Origin: Lachnospiraceae bacterium
GTDB taxonomy: Bacteria > Bacillota > Clostridia > Lachnospirales > Lachnospiraceae
Assembly (NCBI GenBank): GCA_028706005.1
Contig: JAQWCI010000001.1
Span: 1 to 55,171, forward strand
Reading direction: 5' to 3'
DNA length: 55,171 nucleotides
In this document: piece by piece, positions 50,395-55,171 of the stretch
Position numbering within the stretch: position 1 is the stretch's first letter
Layout of the letters: each line of letters begins with the position of its first letter
Translations under genes and position numbers: made by a program
Notes under the pieces: generated by a model
Database searches by the model: none
Seen by the model: only the letters and a program-made list of their open reading frames with translations
Told to the model about the DNA's origin: nothing

Positions 50395-51254
50395 TGTCCG
50401 CGCACCAGTTCCCTGAGAATTGTATATATTTTTGAAGCCTCAGCTTCGTCCACGCTCACATCATTCCATAATTCGTAAGAAGCTATTCCCTGATAAAGCA
50501 ACATTTTGAGGCCGTTTGAAGTCCGCCCGCCTGCACGTCTCACTTCACCGAGGAACATTGTTTCATCCGGTCTGTAAATCAGATCGAAGGCAAAACAAAT
50601 TTTGCGGAAGAATATTGATCCGCTTACCGGGCTTTCGTTTACGTGTGGAAAAAGTCCCACTGAAGTGCATTGCAGTGCAATAATATCATCTTCGGGAATT
50701 TCTCCGGCTGTTGACAGTGCTCCGGCAGTTACATGAATATCAGGAAATGCCGCACATACATCCTTCTTGAGTTCGAGTGCTTTGTCAGATGTGCGGTTTA
50801 AGATGTATATTCTTGAAGCGCCTTCAGAAGCACAGAGGTAACTCACAGCTCTCGCCGCGCCGCCGGCCCCGATGATCACGATTGTTTTGCCGGTAAGGGC
50901 AATGTTCTCACAATCAAGAGCACGCTTCAGTCCGAGGATGTCTGTGTTGTATCCTTTGTATCCGCCATCGATCCTCACAAGTGTGTTGACAGCTCCGATC
51001 TTCGCGGCAAGGGAATCAATATCTTTGAGAAAAGGAATTACATCATTCTTGTATGGAACAGTCACATTCAGACCAAGCACATTAAGTGCATATGCGCCGT
51101 TTACAGCTGAGCCGATGTCAGAGCCCACAAGCATCGGGACATAGACAAGATTTTGTCCCAGATCCGCGGCAAGTGTGTTGTGGATCGCGGGTGAGAGCGT
51201 GTGTTCAACTGGTCTTCCTATGAGCCCGCACAGACGGGTCTTTCCGTCGATCAT
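50391..51254 (-). CDS. aroE: Shikimate dehydrogenase
   Basis: HTLSP, NVTVPYK, GAVNT, NTD, GAGGAARA, DLIY, GLKMLLYQG. Confidence 0.95.
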   Translation of the reverse strand: MIDGKTRLCGLIGRPVEHTLSPAIHNTLAADLGQNLVYVPMLVGSDIGSAVNGAYALNVLGLNVTVPYKNDVIPFLKDIDSLAAKIGAVNTLVRIDGGYKGYNTDILGLKRALDCENIALTGKTIVIIGAGGAARAVSYLCASEGASRIYILNRTSDKALELKKDVCAAFPDIHVTAGALSTAGEIPEDDIIALQCTSVGLFPHVNESPVSGSIFFRKICFAFDLIYRPDETMFLGEVRRAGGRTSNGLKMLLYQGIASYELWNDVSVDEAEASKIYTILRELVRGQ

Positions 51255-51277
51255 GATGTGCCTCCCGTGACGTGTTT

Positions 51278-51892
51278 TTATGTCATCTTGTTTTTCATTG
51301 TGCCGGCCTGCCCATTGTATTCGCCGTAAAGGATCGGGTAAGTGCCATCCGGATCAAGCGGCAGCAGAACGCTCCTGGCATTGTCCGGCTTGTGAAGCTT
51401 TCTGTATATACGATAATTCAGCAGCACTGGTTTCTCCAGTATCCTTTTTATGATGATCTGTATCTCTTCAGTGCTGTTTATCGGTCTTGTCAGGATCGTA
51501 AGTAATCCGGCGCGCTTTGCGCCCCATGTGTCTGTGAATATCTGGTCTCCGACGCTGAATGTGTCTTCCACGGTCGTTCCCATCATCTTCATCGCCTTAA
51601 TATACCCGGAAGTACCGGGCTTGTGTGCCAGGAAAACATATTCTTCCCCGACTTCACCGGCAAATTCTGCGACACGGTCTTCTTTATTGTTTGATACAAA
51701 TACAGCTTTCATTCCAAGCTCGTGCAGATGAGCAAACAGCGCCTTTGCTCTGTTGTCCGCTGGCGCTCCGTGCGGCACAAGTGTGTTGTCAACATCATAA
51801 ATAACACCCCTGTACCCCTCCGCATAAAGACGATCATAATCTATATAATATGCTGACGGAATGATCTCGTCTGGATAGAGTATTCTGCACAT
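51278..51892 (-). CDS. yqeG: YqeG family HAD IIIA phosphatase
   Basis: DVDNTL, VSNN, KP, VGDQIFTD. Confidence 0.9.
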   Translation of the reverse strand: MCRILYPDEIIPSAYYIDYDRLYAEGYRGVIYDVDNTLVPHGAPADNRAKALFAHLHELGMKAVFVSNNKEDRVAEFAGEVGEEYVFLAHKPGTSGYIKAMKMMGTTVEDTFSVGDQIFTDTWGAKRAGLLTILTRPINSTEEIQIIIKRILEKPVLLNYRIYRKLHKPDNARSVLLPLDPDGTYPILYGEYNGQAGTMKNKMT

Positions 51893-51919
51893 GGATCCTG
51901 ATTCTCCAAAATTACACCT

Positions 51920-51961
51920 TAAAAGCGCCGGTGCCTGACCTTTAAGATCGGCATCGGCGCT
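51920..51961 (-). terminator. Intrinsic terminator after nrdR
   Basis: AGCGCCGATGCC...GGCACCGGCGCT-TTT. Confidence 0.65.
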
Positions 51962-51991
51962 CTGACATTCACAACATACGCTTACTTCAGT

Positions 51992-52474
51992 TCACTGTTT
52001 TCTGGATGCTTTGTCTGATTCTTCAGACTTCATGACTTTCTTGAGCTCATCCATGAAAGTCTCGACATCCTTGAATTCACGGTATACGCTTGCAAATCTG
52101 ACGTACGCTACGGGGTCGAGATCATGGACTTTCTTCATTACCATTTCGCCGATCTCTTTGGTCGTAATCTCTTTTTCTTCTCTTGAATAGATCTCTGTCT
52201 CGATTTCATCAACAGCCTTCTTGATCTGATTGATGCTGACAGGGCGCTTGTGACATGCCCGGAGAATTCCGCCCTCTATCTTGGAGCGATCATAAGGCTC
52301 GCGATTATTATCCTTCTTGACTACAACTACAGGTATCGTTTCGATCTTCTCATAAGTCGTAAAACGCTTGGCGCAACTATCACAGACACGCCTTCTTCTT
52401 ATCGAAGTATCATTATCCGCAGGTCTGGAATCTATGACCCTTGTGTCCTCTTTACCGCAATATGGGCATTTCAT
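51992..52474 (-). CDS. nrdR: Transcriptional repressor NrdR
   Basis: MKCPYC, VIDSR, IRRRRVC..C..RFTTYE, ATP-cone, VAYVRFASVY. Confidence 0.97.
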   Translation of the reverse strand: MKCPYCGKEDTRVIDSRPADNDTSIRRRRVCDSCAKRFTTYEKIETIPVVVVKKDNNREPYDRSKIEGGILRACHKRPVSINQIKKAVDEIETEIYSREEKEITTKEIGEMVMKKVHDLDPVAYVRFASVYREFKDVETFMDELKKVMKSEESDKASRKQ

Positions 52475-52552
52475 GGGCATTCCTCCATGATGGTGAACGT
52501 GTGAGCTCCATCTATGACATGACATTTATGAAAATTCACAGGAATTGAAGTA

Positions 52553-52623
52553 AGCAGATGACGGGAATCGAACCCGCCTCCCCAGCTTGGGAAGCTGGTA
52601 TTCTACCAATGAACTACATCTGC
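52553..52623 (-). tRNA. tRNA-Gly(CCC)
   Basis: GCAGATGTAGTTCATTGGTAGAATACCAGCTTCCCAAGCTGGGGAGGCGGGTTCGATTCCCGTCATCTGCT; anticodon CCC; CCA not encoded. Confidence 0.95.
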
Positions 52624-52651
52624 ATCGGAAATCTGTCACGGAACAAATTGC

Positions 52652-52680
52652 AGTATACATGATTGGCTGCGGATTTGCAA
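52652..52680 (-). promoter_or_regulatory. Sigma-A promoter for tRNA-Gly (and probably nrdR)
   Basis: TTGCAA(52680-52675)-17 nt-TATACT(52657-52652). Confidence 0.65.
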
Positions 52681-52695
52681 CAGAATCTGCTGTAA

Positions 52696-54060
52696 CTAGT
52701 TCTTGAATGAGTGTATCGGAGCAGGTATCCGTCCGCTGCGATTTACAAACTCATCGCAGGAAAACTGATTGACAGGCATGATTGGCGCGTAGCCGAGAAG
52801 GCCTCCGAATTCCACAGTGTCTCCGACACCCTTGCCAACAACAGGTATGACTCTTACTGCAGTAGTTTTGGCGTTTACCATACCGATAGCCATTTCATCA
52901 GCGATGATTCCGGCAATGGTCGTATCCTTTGTGTCACCGGGGATCGCGATCATATCAAGTCCGACTGAGCAGACACATGTCATGGCTTCAAGTTTTTCTA
53001 TAGTGAGAGCGCCGCATTCAGCCGCTTTGATCATTCCCTGATCCTCAGATACGGGAATGAAGGCACCTGAAAGTCCTCCTACATATGAGGATGCCATTAC
53101 GCCGCCCTTCTTGACCTGATCATTAAGGAGTGCAAGAGCTGCTGTCGTACCTGGTGCGCCGGCCTTCTCAAGTCCCATTTCGCACAGAATATCAGCTACT
53201 GAATCACCGATGGCAGGCGTGGGCGCCAGCGAAAGATCGACTATACCGAACGGTACGCCGAGACGTTTTGATGCTTCTTTTGCCACCAGCATTCCGACTC
53301 TTGTGACCTTGAAAGCTGTCTTCTTGACCGTCTCGCACAGCACCTCAAAACTTTCACCATGCACAGCTTCGAGCGCCCTCTTTACAACGCCGGGTCCGCT
53401 GACACCGACATTGATGACCGTGTCGCCCTCTGTCACGCCGTGAAAAGCTCCGGCCATGAATGGATTATCATCGGGAGCATTGCAGAACACAACGAGTTTT
53501 GCGCATCCGAGAGAATCTCTGTCCTTAGTCTGTTCAGCTGTCTCCTTGAAAATGCTGCCCATCATACGGACGGCATCCATGTCTATTCCGGTCTTTGTGG
53601 AGCCAAGATTTACGGAAGCACAGACAAGCTCAGTGGAGGACAGAACGTAAGGAATAGACTGGATCAGCAGTTTGTCCGCAGGTGTCATTCCTTTTGAAAC
53701 AAGCGCCGAAAATCCGCCCAGAAAGTTTATGCCAACTTCATTTGCGACGTTATCAAGAGTTTTGCCGACTTTCACATAATCATCTATAGTGTGGCAGGCA
53801 GCACCCGCGACGAGCGCGATCGGTGTGACAGATATTCTCTTATTGACTATGGGCACACCGAAATCCCGCGATATTTCATTGCCGACCTTTACGAGATCTT
53901 TGGCATTTGCGTAAATCTTATCGTGGATCTTTCTGCAGAGGCTGTCCAGATCAGGATCAATACAATCAAGCAGGCTTATGCCCATCGTGATCGTACGGAC
54001 GTCCAGATTTTCCTCTGATATCATCTGATTTGTTTCATTGACTTCTCTGAAATTGATCAT
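52696..54060 (-). CDS. UPF0210/DUF711 (PFL-like fold) protein
   Basis: [55 protein letters not shown]. Confidence 0.92.
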   Translation of the reverse strand: MINFREVNETNQMISEENLDVRTITMGISLLDCIDPDLDSLCRKIHDKIYANAKDLVKVGNEISRDFGVPIVNKRISVTPIALVAGAACHTIDDYVKVGKTLDNVANEVGINFLGGFSALVSKGMTPADKLLIQSIPYVLSSTELVCASVNLGSTKTGIDMDAVRMMGSIFKETAEQTKDRDSLGCAKLVVFCNAPDDNPFMAGAFHGVTEGDTVINVGVSGPGVVKRALEAVHGESFEVLCETVKKTAFKVTRVGMLVAKEASKRLGVPFGIVDLSLAPTPAIGDSVADILCEMGLEKAGAPGTTAALALLNDQVKKGGVMASSYVGGLSGAFIPVSEDQGMIKAAECGALTIEKLEAMTCVCSVGLDMIAIPGDTKDTTIAGIIADEMAIGMVNAKTTAVRVIPVVGKGVGDTVEFGGLLGYAPIMPVNQFSCDEFVNRSGRIPAPIHSFKN

Positions 54061-54136
54061 TGCTGAATCTCCTGACAATTCTTATTGCTTTATCATATTG
54101 CGCAGCGCCGGAGCCGGCTGTTGTAATCAGCCCTTA

Positions 54137-54412
54137 TCACAGTCTGTGCATTTCCTCGAATATCTCTTCCTTCTGACATTTGATCTCGACACCGATCTTT
54201 GTTTTGCCAAGGTCTGTAAGTTCATCCTGAAGTTCGCCGAAATCGACCTGGACGCCAGAGATATCAACGATCATCATCATGTTAAAATATCCGCTCACTA
54301 TTGTCTGTGTGATGTCGAGAATATTTACATTTCTTTCCGCGAGATACGAGCAGACCTTCGCGATTATTCCAACAGTGTCCTTGCCGACTACGGTAATTAT
54401 TGCTTTCTGCAT
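54137..54412 (-). CDS. ACT domain protein UPF0237
   Basis: AIITVVGKD.VGIIA, NILDITQT, IFEEMHRL; usual partner of UPF0210. Confidence 0.92.
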   Translation of the reverse strand: MQKAIITVVGKDTVGIIAKVCSYLAERNVNILDITQTIVSGYFNMMMIVDISGVQVDFGELQDELTDLGKTKIGVEIKCQKEEIFEEMHRL

Positions 54413-54422
54413 AATTTTCTCC

Positions 54423-55171
54423 TCAAAACCCCACTCCTGGAGTCATGTTTTTTCTGTCAGCTACAAATATCGGAAGCTCATCCGGCCTGTAACCGGAGTC
54501 TCCCATCATTATCTCGACCCTTACTGTCTCGAATGCGAGCTCAGGCATGTTATTCTGCTCACTCAGGTGCCCAAGGAAAATACCCTTCAGGTGATCGTTT
54601 AGCACGCTGTTTATCATCTGTCCTGAAGCAGTGTTCGAAAGATGCCCTTTCGTGCCGAGAATCCTCTGCTTGAGCCTGTAAGGATAAGGGCCTACCTGAA
54701 GCATGTTCACATCATGATTGGCCTCGACAAGCATTACGTCAGAATCTTTAATGCAGTCAACAGTATAATCGTCAAAACATCCGAGGTCCGTACACACCAC
54801 GGCCTTTTTGCCTTCGTGTCCCAACCTGTAACCGACAGGGTCAGCCGCGTCATGTGATATGTGCATCGGCTCCACGGTGACATCGCCTATCTTAAGCTCT
54901 TTATCCGGTACTACTGCAACAAATCTGTCAGGATCTATACCGGAGCATCCGGGAATGGCTTCTATTGCAGCAATAGTTTTCTGAGTGGCGTAGATCTTCA
55001 TATTTGTTTGTTTTGCTATCATCGGAAGTCCAAGAATATGGTCACTGTGTTCATGGGTAATAAAAATTCCGTCTATGTCTCCGAGCGAAAGATCCAGCCC
55101 GACAAGCGCATCCACAGTGCGTTTTCTGCTGATGCCGGCATCTACCAGAATATGCGTTTCATCTGTGTCTA
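54423..55171 (-). CDS. MBL-fold metallo-hydrolase, WalJ/YycJ-like (5' end outside window)
   Basis: THEHSDH, SHDAADP, TDLG, EANHD, GHLSN, HLS..NN. Frame stays open to the window edge (..THILVDAGISRK). Confidence 0.9.
   Translation of the reverse strand, partial: DTDETHILVDAGISRKRTVDALVGLDLSLGDIDGIFITHEHSDHILGLPMIAKQTNMKIYATQKTIAAIEAIPGCSGIDPDRFVAVVPDKELKIGDVTVEPMHISHDAADPVGYRLGHEGKKAVVCTDLGCFDDYTVDCIKDSDVMLVEANHDVNMLQVGPYPYRLKQRILGTKGHLSNTASGQMINSVLNDHLKGIFLGHLSEQNNMPELAFETVRVEIMMGDSGYRPDELPIFVADRKNMTPGVGF

Noticed and set aside
47552-52623. Genomic island bounded by the two tRNAs
   Set aside because: Interval holds core genes (efp, aroQKE, yqeG, nrdR); no integrase, and I saw no duplicated tRNA 3' end.
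273-54857. Numerous short ORFs antisense to or nested in the called genes
   Set aside because: They overlap well-supported genes, show no recognisable motifs and are expected shadows of codon bias.

Overview
Core-chromosome segment of a low-GC Firmicute, most likely Lachnospiraceae (inferred from gene repertoire and order). It is densely coding and almost all genes lie on the minus strand. Contents: folD, ftsK, yebC, alr, nnr, rex with a divergent ABC-F gene, a Re-citrate synthase-GntR-icd operon, leuS, an EF-G paralogue, tyrA-aroA, queA-pheT-pheS with a 6S RNA upstream, aminopeptidase P, thrC, an isolated rnfC-rnfD pair, a YprB-like exonuclease, cmk-ispH-rpsA, gap-pgk-tpiA, mnmA, efp, aroEKQ, yqeG, nrdR, two single tRNAs (Arg-CCG, Gly-CCC), UPF0210/UPF0237 and a partial walJ-like gene. 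I found no integrase, transposase, phage, cas or recognisable defence gene, so I cannot claim a novel multi-gene system. The most unusual items are: (1) a ~390-bp non-coding array of 82-84-bp units built from alternating inverted 13-bp arms (20287-20673), with variation concentrated in one 9-nt window; (2) next to it, an EF-G paralogue with non-canonical GTPase motifs and an AT-rich, apparently recombined patch across switch I/II; (3) an rnfCD pair without rnfGEAB and with a degenerate flavinylation motif; (4) a 51-aa ORF with a strong RBS upstream of ftsK that is absent from the ORF track. All calls come from motif recognition by eye. No database searches were run, and start codons were adjusted by hand using RBS position.
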